This document shows positions 39,947 through 53,176 of a DNA stretch of 64,000 nt, one piece after another. The translations under genes were made by a program, and so were the position numbers. The stretch's first letter is position 1, and each line of letters starts with the position of its first letter. The notes beneath the pieces are model-generated. The model saw only the letters and a list, made by a program, of their open reading frames with translations. It made no database searches and was not told where the DNA came from. This DNA comes from Cenococcum geophilum (taxonomy: Eukaryota), in assembly GCA_050273025.1 (NCBI GenBank), contig CP158636.1, positions 3,782,001 to 3,846,000 on the forward strand. The letters run 5' to 3'.

Positions 39947-41478
39947 ATGGCCCCTGCGGACCCTGCTGAATCAGCGCCAAATGGCACGAAAGACAAGGCC
40001 TCTTCCGAGATCCTGGAAAACCCCACTGCGGGTCCCAAGCCGAATCCTACAGCAGCGAAAACCACAGAACGAAAACTACCAATAATACCATCCCAAAAAC
40101 TTGCAGAGAGTCCCAAGAGTGACTCACTGGAAAGCAAAACGATAGGTAAAGTTCCCTTAGCTACTTTAGCGGAGTCCAATTCATCGCAAGCAGAAGATGC
40201 AGCGGCGGGAAACCAGAAATCCAGCTCGACAACAGATGGCGTCGCCGATGGTATGCAGCCATCTCCACCTTCACCTCCAGAACCTTCTCCAGATATTTAT
40301 ATTGCTCTCATGGGCCAAACGGGAACAGGAAAAACTAGCTTCATCCGGGATGCTACTAAAAGAAAAGACTTGAAAGTTGGGCATTATCTAGAGTCCTGTG
40401 CGTAACCCCCATTCTTGTGAATTGAATACAAGGTATCATATTGTTATCCTACTAACATTCTGTCATAGGTACCCAGCATGTCGAGGTAATTGAAACCACG
40501 ATCGGTGATCGAACTGTTAAATTGATCGACACTCCTGGCTTTGACGACAGTGGTCGTTCCGATGCAGATATCCTCGAGACAATAAGTGATTACTTGCGGG
40601 CGGCATACACACAGAAGATTTACCTTACAGGGGTTATCTATGTTCAAAGAATCACAGATAATAGGATGCAGGGCTCCTCTCTTAGGTGCTTGCGCCTCTT
40701 GAAGAAGTTGTGTGGGCCTGAGTACTACGGTAATATCGTGTTGGTAACAACCATGTGGGACAATATTGCGCAGAAGGAAGGTGAAAAACGTGAAAACAAC
40801 CTACGAAACGTAGACGCATATTGGGGCGAACTCCTGCGGCAAGGTGCTACTTTCCAGAGGCATTTCCCAAGGGGAAATGCTAGCGCCCTCAAAGTGATAA
40901 CACATTTACTGGAGAAGACGCCAGCAGTTTTGAACTTTCAGAGGGAGTTATTCAAGGCACATGGAGTTATTGCGGACACGTCAGCCGGCCAAGTCCTTAT
41001 GCTTTTCTATGCAAAGAAATTAGAGGAAACTCAGGAAAAAATCAGCAAAGTACAGAAAGAACTTGAAGAATCCCAAGCAGTTATGAAAAAGGCGAAAGAG
41101 GAACTCGAGAAATCCAGAAAAGAACGAGAAGCTCTAGAGGAACAGGTCAAGAGAGAAAGAGAATCTCTGCAGGCACAGCTTAAAAGAGAGAGAGAAAGCC
41201 TAGAGGCAGATGTAAAGAAAGAAAGAGAAGCCCTGGAAGCTGCCATGACAAAGGAAAGAGAAGCTCTTGAAGCAATGATGAAAATAGAGAAAGAAGATAG
41301 GATATCCCTTGAAAAGAAAATGAAGAAAGGCGAAGAAGAAGCGGAAGCCTTCAAGGAAGAGATTCAGAAACTTAGAGATGAGATAGAAACCAATTCGGGG
41401 CAAGTTAAAAAGATGGAAGCTGCACTTGAAGAAAAGTCGCGAGGCATTAAGAATATGCTAGCTTGTCCTGTCCAATAG
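39947..41478 (+). CDS. P-loop GTPase of the same family with disordered N-terminus, long coiled coil and C-terminal CaaX (CPVQ); 2 exons
   Basis: Exon 1 has IALMGQTGTGKT. Intron 40398-40468 restores LESCT. Exon 2 has IDTPGFDD, GVIYVQRITDNRM, LVTTMWD, an E/K-rich coil, and ends ...LACPVQ*. Confidence 0.92.
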
Positions 41479-42405
41479 CATTTGAAAGTCATAGTGGTGC
41501 ATGCAGTTCATGGAGGAAATGGTGATTTTAGGAAAGGTGCTTAGCGGCTTGTATGTGTTGAGCTTCCTTCTTTCAATTGGGTTAAAGAACTAATTGGACG
41601 GTCAGATCAGGATGGTAATTGTCTGTATTTACTAAAGGTCTTAGACCGATCACACACCCGCTTCTTCAGCATATTTGTGAGCTTGTTTTAGCTAATTGTA
41701 ACCAAAAGCATTGTTATGTCTCGCATTAACTGGCTCTGTACCTCCGTGCCATCGTTTCCTGTCTCTAAACTAGAACCAGTGTGGGTAATGGTCAGCGTAT
41801 AGAGTAATAACAGCCAGTCAACGATATATATACAGCGCGCTGACAGCTCGCTGCATAGGTGGTAAGAAAGGATAGATTTTGCAGCTTTTAGTAAAAAAGG
41901 ATATTACGTTAAAGACTATAGAATTAGATAAAGTACTAACGTAGTAAGAGGTACTACCGCGATAGAGGACGTAAGTATACTAAAAGGTACGAGGGAGTAT
42001 TTAATTAAACACTTTGTTAGAGACTTAGCTAATCAAGGCACGAGCACAGCAAAAAGGATGCATGTAAGCCTGTACGATTGGATTATCTATTAACGAAGAT
42101 CTAAAGCTAGAGAAAGGAAAGGAGAAGAACAGCAACGTCGCTAGAGGTAGGGTATTTTATATAGTCCCCTAGTTACGTAAGAGTTATGTAAGCCCTGTAT
42201 ATACTATAACCTAGGTCTAACAGCGAGTCTTCAGCGAGCTTTGGGGCTTAGCAGCGAGCGAGCTGGCCAATCAGGGCCGCTAGCTGCGCTACGCTGCCCA
42301 AATCGAGGTCAAGACTGCAGCGCGCTGGCAGCATTTCCTAATTAGGCAGTTTAGATAGAGTTTTTAGAACAGCAGTTAAAAATTTTGGCAGCACTTTTGT
42401 GCATA

Positions 42406-42676
42406 CAAAGGCCGACGGTTTTGAAAAGCGTCCATCTGCTAAAACGCAAGGAACGTCAAAATCTCTACCTTTTGGAATTCGTATGCAATTTCAACCCAAT
42501 ACCCAAAATTCTTAATTAAAGTATTATGCGATAGAGAAGAAGCAGATTGGTTATTCTATAGAATATTGCGATAGTTAAATTCAAGGTGCAATTGCTATTT
42601 ATTTGTTATCGCGGGCCTAGAATACGCAAAATACTCGCTTAAAAAATTGGCCGATTTTCAAAACCGGCGGCCTTCG
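42406..42676. mobile_element. Mariner-like MITE (271 bp)
   Basis: ta|caaaggccgacggttttgaaaa ... ttttcaaaaccggcggccttcg|ta: 22-bp imperfect TIRs with TA TSD. Confidence 0.82.
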
Positions 42677-43476
42677 TATAAATTGACGTTACCTAGTTAA
42701 AAATCTATCTATATTCGCCTAGTTTATATTATATCTAAAGGTTTAATAAAGGGTTAAGGTACTTTAGCTAAGGAGGCAGAGGCCCTATTTTTAAGTTAGT
42801 TTCCGCTCTAATCTTAAGCGTATATATAAAGCTTACGACTCTAGTGTTTCTTCTATTCTAAGGGGCTTATAACCAGTAGGATCTATATTAAAGCTTATTA
42901 GCTAGGGCGTAGTTAACCCATTATTGGTATTAGTATAGTTAATTAAGCTGCTTAGAATAAGGCCTTTAATTATTATTATTGGTTCTTGTTTAACGTCTAA
43001 TACGGTCCTTTTATAAGTCTATACAGACGGATATCATTAAGTTAGGTATAAAAAACCTCTAAGGGAGATGTAAGAGGTAATATAGTATAAACCCCTCTAA
43101 GTAGTACGCCCGTACTACGTTAACGGGAGGGGAAATACCCCTAGGTCGCTGCTTTAAAACTCCTATAAGGGAGTATCCTAATCGCTTATCTTGCCCTATC
43201 TACCGCTTATACTCTACTTTTACTTAAATTAAAATACTGTAAAGTTAATGTCGCTAACCTACCCTTGCTCCCTTAATCGCCTTATATATATATATATATA
43301 TACGCCTACAGCCTTCCTACTTATAGTATAATTTCTATTCTAAAGGAACAATGGGACGAATATAGATCTAAATCTAGGTATTTTGTCCTAGTTGTCCTAG
43401 GGCCCTAACTTAGGTCCCCTATTCCCTATCTCCTATATTTAATAAATGTGCTTAGCTTAGTGCTAGTAATAGTAGG

Positions 43477-46400
43477 TGTAACGGAACCTTGTAGTAGGAA
43501 CTACAATGGGTTCTATCAATGGGCTAGGTGTATAGGAAATGTAAAGATAGTAGTTAATAACATAATAACAACTAATGGAGTAGTTGCCTAACAGATTAAC
43601 TCTAATTATATTCTAAGAATTACTATAAGGAAGGAACTATCTAGGTAGGGACTAAGGGTCCTTAAATACACAACCGTACTCCTAAGAAATCCTTCTTATA
43701 CGTAATGTACGTCTTGTTTATATTAGACGTGACGTTCCTTATATTTAATACAGCTAACACGTTTAACCATTATATGACTCGCTTACTATTCCTTGTTATA
43801 TAGTTCTACGGGTTCCATCCTAGTCCGTGCCTATATTAACTAACTAGCTTCTTCTAACTCTTCTCTAAGTAGTCGTAATATTATACTTAAAGCGTCCGTA
43901 ATACCATCTCCCTTTTCTTTATCTTCGTCCTTAAAGATACCTATTATCTCTAGGTTGTTTACTAGAGGTATAATATCCGTCTAATTAATTTGGTTAATAT
44001 TATTGCTTATTATACCTAAAGCAATTTCTTCTCTCTTTTAGGTTAAGCGTCGCCTTTGTACCGTCTCCTCAATACTATTACTAGGTGAAGTAATAGCGAT
44101 TCCTTGCTCTCGTTGTGCGAAAAAGGGGTTAAGTTACGTTATAATCGCGAGTCCTTCTAGTTGCTAACCTTCCTTTTGTTCTAAATACACTTACGCTAAT
44201 ATATATTTATCCTATAATGTTTGTTCTATATCTAATGCTAAATATACACGTCCTATTATTCTTAATAGTTTTTAAGTTCCCTAAGTAATTTATTATAGGG
44301 TCTTATATTTAATCTACTGCTGTAAAGCTTAATAGTAAGCTGGCCTCTACGCTGCTTAAGGTTTAGCGTGCCTTAGAAGAGTCCGCATATGTCCTTAAAG
44401 CTTAGCATCTAGCTTATACTTGTCTTTAGCGTTTAAAACGTGTCCGTAAGAAAGTTTATTTAAAGGAGTAGAAGCTTATTTAATAAGGTCTTTAGGAACT
44501 AGGTAATAAAAGAACTAACTCTCCTCCTATAGTAAGGGGAATAACTCTAAGTAGTTCGGCAGTCGCTCTTCCTAGGTCCCCCTTAGGTGACTTATTCTTT
44601 AATAATCCTTCTTTATTAATATTACCTAACCTGTTTTCTTCTAATACTCCTATACCTTTCCTATAGCGTTCTTTAAATTCTCTAGTGGCTCCTAGGTAGT
44701 CTTAGTATAGCCTATCCACTTAACCTTATACTATATTTTATTGTTAATATCCTTATAACTAATAATCCTTAAAACTTGCTATTTATCTTCTTTCTGTCCT
44801 TTATACGTGTCTACCTTATAAACTAGTGGCTTAATATTCCTATATACTAGTTCTAGCATCGCAATATACTATATAGGGTAGATCTTTATTTTAGCTAGTA
44901 GGTTTAACTTAAATATAACTAGTAAAATCCTTTATATAATTTTAAAAGGTCCTAGTCTAACGTGGTCTAACTTCTTACTTAGTTATTAACTTTTAAAATT
45001 TTTATATAGTAGCCATACTCTATCTCCCTCCTTAAGATCTGGTCCCTTAGATCTCTTAGCGTTATAGTATTTTTTTATTCTTTGCTATACTGCCTTAGCT
45101 GTTTCCGTAAGGTTTGCATAAAGATTTATTAAAGTCTCTATTCTTTACTTAGCTTTACTACTTGTTTTCTTTACTTAATGTAGCGATAATAATGTTCTTA
45201 GCTTATATCTATAATTCGCCTTAAATGGTAACGTACCCATTCCTTCTTATAGTATTATATTATATATAAACTATATAACTGGTAATAGCGATACCTAATT
45301 GTTCTATACGTAATTAATATAATGCCTTAGATACTGTTCTAGTGTCTAGTTTAATCTTTCTATTTAACCGTCTATCTGCGGATAATATGCGGTAGAAGTT
45401 GCTGCTTAAACTTCTTACTCTGCTAAGAATACTTCCTAGAATGCTGCTACGAATCTTAGATCTCTATCTAATATAATTTTTCTTAATACTCTATATCTTA
45501 TAAACACTTCTTTAATATAGATTCTAGCGACATCTTCCGCTAAGATTTCTTCTATATATGCTATAAAGTATCCCCACTTTATAAGCTTGTCTACTATTAC
45601 TAAGATTGCGTTATAATCTTATCCGGTAATAGAATCTCTTAATTTTAGTAACTTAATAATAAAGTCCTATAATATAACCTCTTATAGTCTCTCTGGTATT
45701 TTAATAGGTTGTAGCCCTCTATACGGCTTATGCCTTATTAGTTTATTTCTTTAGTAATCTAGACACTCTCTAGTAACTCTTCTAGCTATTCTCTAGATTC
45801 TGTTAATAATATACTCCTCTTAGAGTCTTAATACTAAGCCCGTAGCTCCGTTGTGTCCTTAAGTTAGTCCCTTATAGAAGTCCTCTATGAACTGCTCTGC
45901 TATGCTTTTTAGGATATACTTTACTTCTTAATTTTCGTATATATCTAACTGTAGATCTTCTAGCTATGCTTTTAGAATTCTTTATACCTAAAAGCTTTCT
46001 AGTATCTTATAGACTTTCTCTAGCTTATCTTCTTAAGTTGCTATAATCTTTGGATAATTATACCTAATTAATCCGTCTGTATCTTTTCATAGTAAAGCCC
46101 CTAATAGCTTTTTGTTATTCTATAGTTTAACCTTTCTACTTAGAGTATCTGCTCGTGCATTTTCCGTACCCTTAGTATACTAAATCTTAAAATAATATTC
46201 TATAAGCATCTCTGCCTATCTAACCTATTTTTAGTTAAGCTCCTTTATTATTAGGAATCCTATTAGGTTCTTATAGTTTATTCTAACTATAAATGGTTTC
46301 TCTATGCCTTATAAGAATACTCTTTATTTCTTTAGTGCTGTAACTATACCTAATAACTCCTTATTATAGATGTTATAGTTTAACTCTAGTAGTATTATCT

Positions 46401-49400
46401 TCTAACTATAATATGCTACTAGATGCTATCCATCTAGATACTTTTATATAAAGTATACTCCTAATATAAAGTCTAATGCATCTATTTCTACAACCGTTTC
46501 TAATCCTAGTTAATAGATCTTAAGAACTGGCTCCTAGGTAAATAACTCTTTAACTTTTTTAAAGAGTTCTTACTATTCCTCTCCCTATGCCTATAGTTCT
46601 TCTTTCTTTGTTAATCGCGTAAATAGTTTAATATCCTTTAACTATTACGCTATAAACCTTTTGCAGTAATTGTAAAACCCTAAAAACGATCTTAATTGCG
46701 TGACGTTTTCTAGTTCTTGCTAATTTACTATAGCTTTAATCTTCTTTAGATCTATACTAAGTTGGCCTAGTTTAATAATAAATCTAACAAAATCGGTCTT
46801 CCTAGTAAAGAACTCGCATTTCTTAATTGCTACTAGTATTTATTCTTTCTATAGTCTTTTTAAGACCTATTTAACGTGTTCTCCGTGCTCTTCCTTATTT
46901 ATTAAGTAGATAATAATATTATTAAAGTATACTATAACAAATTTATTTAAATATTCTCCTAATACGTTGTTAATACGCTTTTAGAACGTTGCTAGTGCGT
47001 TTATAAGCCCGAATTGCATAACTAATAGTTTATATAGTCCTTCCTTTGACCTAAAGGCTGCCTTCTATTTGTTGCCTTCCTTAATCCTAATCTAATAGTA
47101 TACCTATCTTAGATCTATCTTTGTAAAGATTTGCGTATTACCGATCCTGTCTTAGATTTCGCTAATTAAGGGTAAAGGATACTTATCCTTCCTAGTAATG
47201 TTGTTTAACTATCTATAGTTGATGTATAGCCTTAGTTTACTATTCTTTTTTAGTATAAATAGTACTGGATATCCTACTAATGACTATAATAGTCTAATAT
47301 ATCCTTTTTATAAGTTCTCTTGGATAAACTCTTTTAATACTCTACCTTTTTCTTTAGTAAGCTTATAGATTAGAAAGAACCTTAGACTTATTCCTGGTTC
47401 TAATTCTATTTTATAGTCCTATACTGTATACTCTAATAGCTTTTTACTCTTAGGTAACCATAGTTTCTTACTATACTTGTAGTATCTCTTTAGTATATAG
47501 CTTAGTCCTTTTTCCGTTTCTTTATAGGTTGCTCCTACTTAGTACTATACCAACTTAGCTTATTATCGCATCTTACGGCGTTAAGTATCCCTAATATCGA
47601 CCTAACCTATAACCTAATTGATCTTTAGATTGTATTCCTATAACTAAGGTATTCCTAATACTACCTTATTATTTCCTAATAGTAATATATTAAAAGACAT
47701 CTTAACTTGTTTTCCTTTAATAGTTAACTAAATAAGTCCTGTTTTAAGATTAATAATACCTCCTCTATAGGCTATTAGATCTCCTAAAATTGTCACTAAT
47801 AGGTAAGGATGTTTCTTCTATCTATATAGTAACCCCATTCTTTTAACTGCTACTAGCGAGATATGGTTCCTTATTACTCTATTATCTATTAATACCTTAA
47901 ACTGTTAATCTTGCTACTTAACTCGTAAATTTAGGTATTATCCTTAAATTCCTTTAAGGGTCTAAGGCTCTACTACTAGCTCCCTCTGGTCCTGTAGGCC
48001 TCTACTTTTCCTAACTATTAGCTGCTTAATCCTATTTATACTTAGTCTAACTTAGGCCAATACTTAGTTTATTTTTTGTCTTTAATATACTATAGACAGG
48101 TGTTCTCTAGACATTTCTACTATTATTATCCGTCTAGGTATTCTTCCATAAGGAATCTTCCTAGTTAAAGTATTAAGTCCCCTTGTTTTTAAACTTCTAC
48201 TAGGTGCCAACTATGCATATACTTAGCATTTTAATATTTTGCCTTGTCCGTCATCTAATATATTCTTATTAGATACTTCCAATTTTTATCCTTTAGTGCT
48301 CTATATATATTACACGTATTATCCATGTATACTATCTACAATAGTATATAATATGCTTAATATTTTAGGTTAACTCTTAGCTCGTCTTTGTCCTAGAGTT
48401 TAAACCTCTCTTGTATTAATCTAAGCGTTATAACTTTGTTCGCGGGTACTAAGATTTATCTTTCGCTTCTCTAGTTCTCTAATTACTCCTCTAAATCCTT
48501 TGACATTATAATTAAGGCCCCCTTAATATAAGTTATAGCCTTCTCTGTAATTAGGTGGTCTTAGATAACTTTTTCATCTAACCATATATAGAAATCCTCC
48601 TACTCGTCATTATATCGTTGCCTATACTATTTTTAGTACAGCTGCTTAAGTGTATATGGCTCGTCCGTAAGGAAATATCTCTTTATTGCTGTATTATAAC
48701 AGCCTTTAGTATATTATTCCTTGAACCTAGTAGGAATCCCTAAATCCTCTTTTTATTCTAGTTTAGTAAGCTACTTAGCTCTTAATGTGCCTACCTTAGG
48801 CCTATTAGTAATTCTTTATACTAGCGCTCTGTCCTTTATACGTCCTAATATGCTAGATCTCTTTTTTAGTTTCTATTCTTGCCATAAGGTAATTCTTGCT
48901 CTAAATTCCTCTATAGTTTCCTTTATATTGCGTCTTATAAGTAGATCCTTAAAGTCTTTATACTTTCTAATCTTAGTATTAACTTTTTGATCTTTAGGCT
49001 AAACACTATATTCCCCTAATAAGTCTTTTAGGTCTATATATCTATCTCCTAGTTTAATTACTATTTACGCTATAGATTCTCTAATCTATAAAGAAACTCC
49101 TTGTTTCTTACTTATAGGTGTCCTAATTTATACTCCAAATTCTTATCCCCTTAGATTACTTAATCCTAAGCTTACTTCTAACTTAAGCTTAGCTCTTGCC
49201 TTAGTTTAACTAGGCGTTACTAGTGTCCTTATCTTATTTTAAGAGTCCTAAATCTTACTCATCTCATCTTAAGAGTCTTATGCCGTTAGGAATTCTTATC
49301 CTAAGCTTATTTATATGTCTTTAAACTAAGCTACTACTCTACTCTATTGGTTTCTGTCTATTATAGGTCTTTAAGCTTACCTTATCTTATCTTAAGAATC

Positions 49401-51513
49401 TTAGTTATCTCTTATCTTACTATAAGAATCTTAAGCCTTTGGCTTTTTGCCTTTATTAAGTGGTAAGCTAGCACTAGTAGTCGTCTACTTACTTAATCGT
49501 CTCTAGATATTACTCCTTCTATCTTATAAAGCAATAGATGCCATATCTAATGGTGTTATAATGCCCGTTACTAAACCTTACTCTATAGCGGTCTTAGTCT
49601 CTACTTCTATTACATTATTAAAGTTTAGATACCCCTAGTTAGTTCCTTTACTATCCTTGTTGCTGTTAATTAATAAGTACTCTAACTTTATTATTATTAT
49701 TACTAATTATTATCCGCGTGTTGCTGTAATATCTTAATCTAGCTTATAGAGTTAATCTTATTTTTTATCTAACTCTTTAGTTCCTCTAAGTTCTTTTAAC
49801 TCTAGCTCTTATAGCTAATAGCTTATACCGTACTTAGCGTCTTTATAAATTCGGCATATATTATTATAATAAAATGTAAAACTTCTAATTAAACATTCTT
49901 TTATTTCTTGCAGTATACTATCATCCCTCTATATATATGTGTCACATATTATTAGTCTAGTTCCCTTTATTACATAGTAACTCTAACTATCTTTATAATC
50001 CCTTATAAAGTGACCCTATTTTCCGTAATTTATATAAGCTCCGTCTCTAAACTATTAACTTTATTATAGAGTCCGCCTAAACATCTTCTACTGTTAAGAT
50101 CCCTGGTTTAGCCTCTGCTCCTTAGTCCTATAATCACTAGATCCTTAATTTCTAGATTTTTATAGTTTCTTACTCCCTCTCTTATAGGCTTCTTTAGTAC
50201 TACTTAGGTCCATTGGCTTTGCGCCATACTATAGTTTCTAACTTAGCTTTAGTTATTACGTACTCTGCGTCTTATATAACTATAAAACTCTATCCTAGCC
50301 TCTCTTAGCCTGTTCCCTTTAGAAGATCCTATTATTAATCTTAATCGCTTAATCTATTAATTCCCTTAGGGTATCCGCATCTTCTATCAGAATGATTATA
50401 TCCTAGACTTTAGCCTTAAGTCCCTATTTATACTATACCATAAGCGCCTTATTATTCCATTTAACTTATATCATAAGTGTTTAAAACTATATTATATACT
50501 TAATTACTAAAGTTTGCTATATTAGGTTCTAAAGCTTTCTCTTTACTATAGTTATTGCTTCCGGGTCCCTAAATATCTATATTAATTGTTCCGTAAATCC
50601 TGCCCAGCTAAAAAATACAAATTATACCTCTTAATTAGCAGTAGTTATTCCGTTAGCCTATATTTCTATTAAATAGGGTTTAAACTATTTAAGTGCCTAA
50701 CCTGTTAGGAATAGTCCTGCGTAGGCTATCTAGTCTATTATTATAGCTAACTTAGCCCCTTCTTACATGACTTTAAAATGCATTTACGTTAGAAATCCTT
50801 TAAGCTTTAATCTCTTTCTTGAGAATTGTTTAATTAATAGTAACTTAACCTTTACTACTCCGATTCTATTGAGTCTATTTTTAAATATTATATTATTTTC
50901 TATTAATTGATCCACTATTTCTTATAATTATCCTACCATTACAGGTTGTTGCGAGTTAGTGTCCGCTATACTAGTGTCACCCCCTAACCTTAAAGTAGTT
51001 GCCGCCGTTAATGGCGTTGTGGTGGCTGCTTTTAGTGGCATGTTATTCAACTTTTTATATTTAATACTATAACTAGGTAGTAATTATGTAACAAAACCTT
51101 ATAGTAGGAACTACGATAGGTTCTGTTAATAGGCTAGGTGTATAGGAAATGTAAAGATAGTAGTTAACAACGTAATAATAACTGGTGGAGTGGTTGCCTA
51201 ACAGATTAACTCCAATTGTATTCTAAGAATTACTATAAGGAAGGAACTATCTAGGTAGGGACTAAAGGTCCTTAAATATATAACCGTACTCCTAAAAAAT
51301 CCTTCTTATACGTAATGTACGTCTTATCTATATTAGACGTGACGTTCCTTACGTTTAATATAGCCAACACGTTCAACTATTATGTAACTCGCTTACTATT
51401 CCTTATTATATAGTTCCACGGGTTCCATCCTGGTCCGTGCCTGTATTAACTAACTAGCTTCTTCCAACTCTTCTCTAAGTAGTCGTAATATCGTACTTAA
51501 AGCGTCCGTAACA
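43477..51513 (-). mobile_element. Full-length Ty3/Gypsy chromovirus (8.0 kb, RIP-degenerate)
   Basis: 427-bp LTRs at 43477-43903 and 51087-51513 with TSD gtagg. Contains gag with CCHC knuckle (~50020), protease, RT (VYFNNIIIY from YxDD, ~46920), RNase H (VEIDALD ~46480), integrase (PQIDG*IERLN ~45370), GPF (~44945) and chromodomain (VKWIGY...EPLENL ~44700). Confidence 0.95.
44012..44650 (+). pseudogene. Antisense accessory ORF of the Gypsy element with a Cys-rich, Zn-cluster-like motif and coiled coil
   Basis: Reads PKAISS...GEVIAIPCSRCAKKGLSY...SFCSKYTYAN..LSYNV. The Tyr codons are one RIP transition away from Cys. Confidence 0.5.
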
Positions 51514-53176
51514 GTAGGGGTATATAATATCCCTATACCTAAGTACTTATACTGCTAATAGTACTAAAATATAGCTAGGTTAATTAAAGTAAAAAGGAAG
51601 ATAAAATACTACGCGGTAAGTTTAGGCTATTAGGTAAGATAGGGAATAAAAGGCTTATTATAGACTTCCTAAGGCATATACGTTTGGTCGCTATACCATA
51701 CCGTATAGGTGCTATATATATAGTTATATGCTATATAGGAGGAAGAAGGGGGGGGGCTAGATATAGATACTATAACTTAAGTCGTAGTTTCGATATATAG
51801 ACGTACGTAATAGTCGTTTTTAAGCCCTTCTATTAGGGCTTACCCTCCCAGTAAAAAAATTCTCCACGCTACTACTATAATATTGCTGCGCTGACGCTTC
51901 GTAGCTATATATATGTCTTTATATTTACTCTAGTAGTCTATTAGTATAATCCTAATAAAACGCTAATAGCTATCTACTAGGTTCTTAGGCTCTACTATAT
52001 AAAGGTAAAGAGGCCGATTTTTATAGAGCCCTAAGGCCTTTAATTAGCTACTACTTCTAGCACTAATTAGCTTCTATTATATCTAAACTAAAGCGATTTT
52101 ATTTATTAGTTACTACCTTCTTAGCTTAGCTAAAGGCTCGCTTATAGCTAATATAAAGAAGAGATCTAGGGCAACTTTAGTAAGTATTAGATAGAGGATC
52201 CCTTTAACGCTAAGCCACTAGTTAAGAGAATTAGGTAGAGGAATAGTGACCTTATTATTATCCTTTTTAATCTTTTAAAGTATAAGGCCTTCTTTATAGT
52301 ATTATTTAAGCTTAGTAATAAGCTTTTATTTCTTTCACTAGCGTATAGATGGAACTAGATTCTTATTAACTACTAGTAATTACTTATAGACATTATTATT
52401 TAAATTACTACTTGGCTTACAAGGGACCTTCTATTAGTACTTCTTAGTAAAATCCTAGTCTTCTTTATTAATAAGCTTATTAATATAGGTATTAAAGACT
52501 TCCTCTATAGCCTTTTCTGCGTGCTTTTACTCTATAGGCTAGTTTCGTCACTTATTACGGAAGCAGCTATACTTATTATAGACGCTTTAAGTACAATATT
52601 ACGACTACTTAGAGAGGAGTTAAAAGAAGCTAGTTAGTTAATTTAGGCACAGTCTAGGATAGAGCCGATAGAACTATATAATAAGGAATAGTAGCTAAGA
52701 TTATATAATGTTATATACAGTGTATATAGTATACGAAGGGAACGTATATATAATATGTATAATACGTACCTTATATATAAAGGGGATTTCTTAGGAGTAC
52801 GGTTATATATTTAAAGGACCACAGTCCCTACCTAAATAGTTCTCTCCTTTATAGTAAATCTTAGAATATAATTAGAGTTAATCTATTAGGCGACTACTCT
52901 ATAAAAGGATATTATATTATTAACTTCTTATTTACCTATATACCCAGCCTATTAATAAGCTTACTGTAGTTCCTGCTATAAGGCTTCGTTATATATTTAC
53001 TACTAAGGTTATAGTATTAATAAAGTCAAATAATATGCTACTAAAAGTATTAGCCACGACGCCGTTAACGGCAGCAACTATATTAAGATTAGGTAATAAC
53101 ACTAGTATAATAAAAGACACTAACTTTTAGCTAGTTACCGTTAGATAGCTATAGGAAATAGTTAACTAATTAATAG

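Larger units (their letters stand above)
42973..52031 (-). mobile_element. Second, 5'-truncated copy of the non-autonomous LINE-dependent element, split by the Gypsy at 43477-51513
   Basis: 15-bp TSD taaggcctttaatta (42958-42972 / 52032-52046) and (TAA)n tail. 43045-43210 aligns with 1840-1990, and 51835-52030 aligns with 2480-2668. Confidence 0.82.

Noticed and set aside
32297..41403. Many short ORF-track entries antisense to or overlapping the NLR and GTPase genes
   Set aside because: Shadow ORFs of real coding exons with no independent motifs.
32080..41830. Gene island as Starship or other giant-transposon cargo
   Set aside because: No tyrosine-recombinase captain gene and no matching terminal repeats or TSD around the island.
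41833..42330. Repeated cagcgcgctg motifs as TIRs of a MITE
   Set aside because: The motif is a short palindrome and no TSD flanks it. The region, with 42720-42957 and 52047-52573, looks like an old unclassified repeat.
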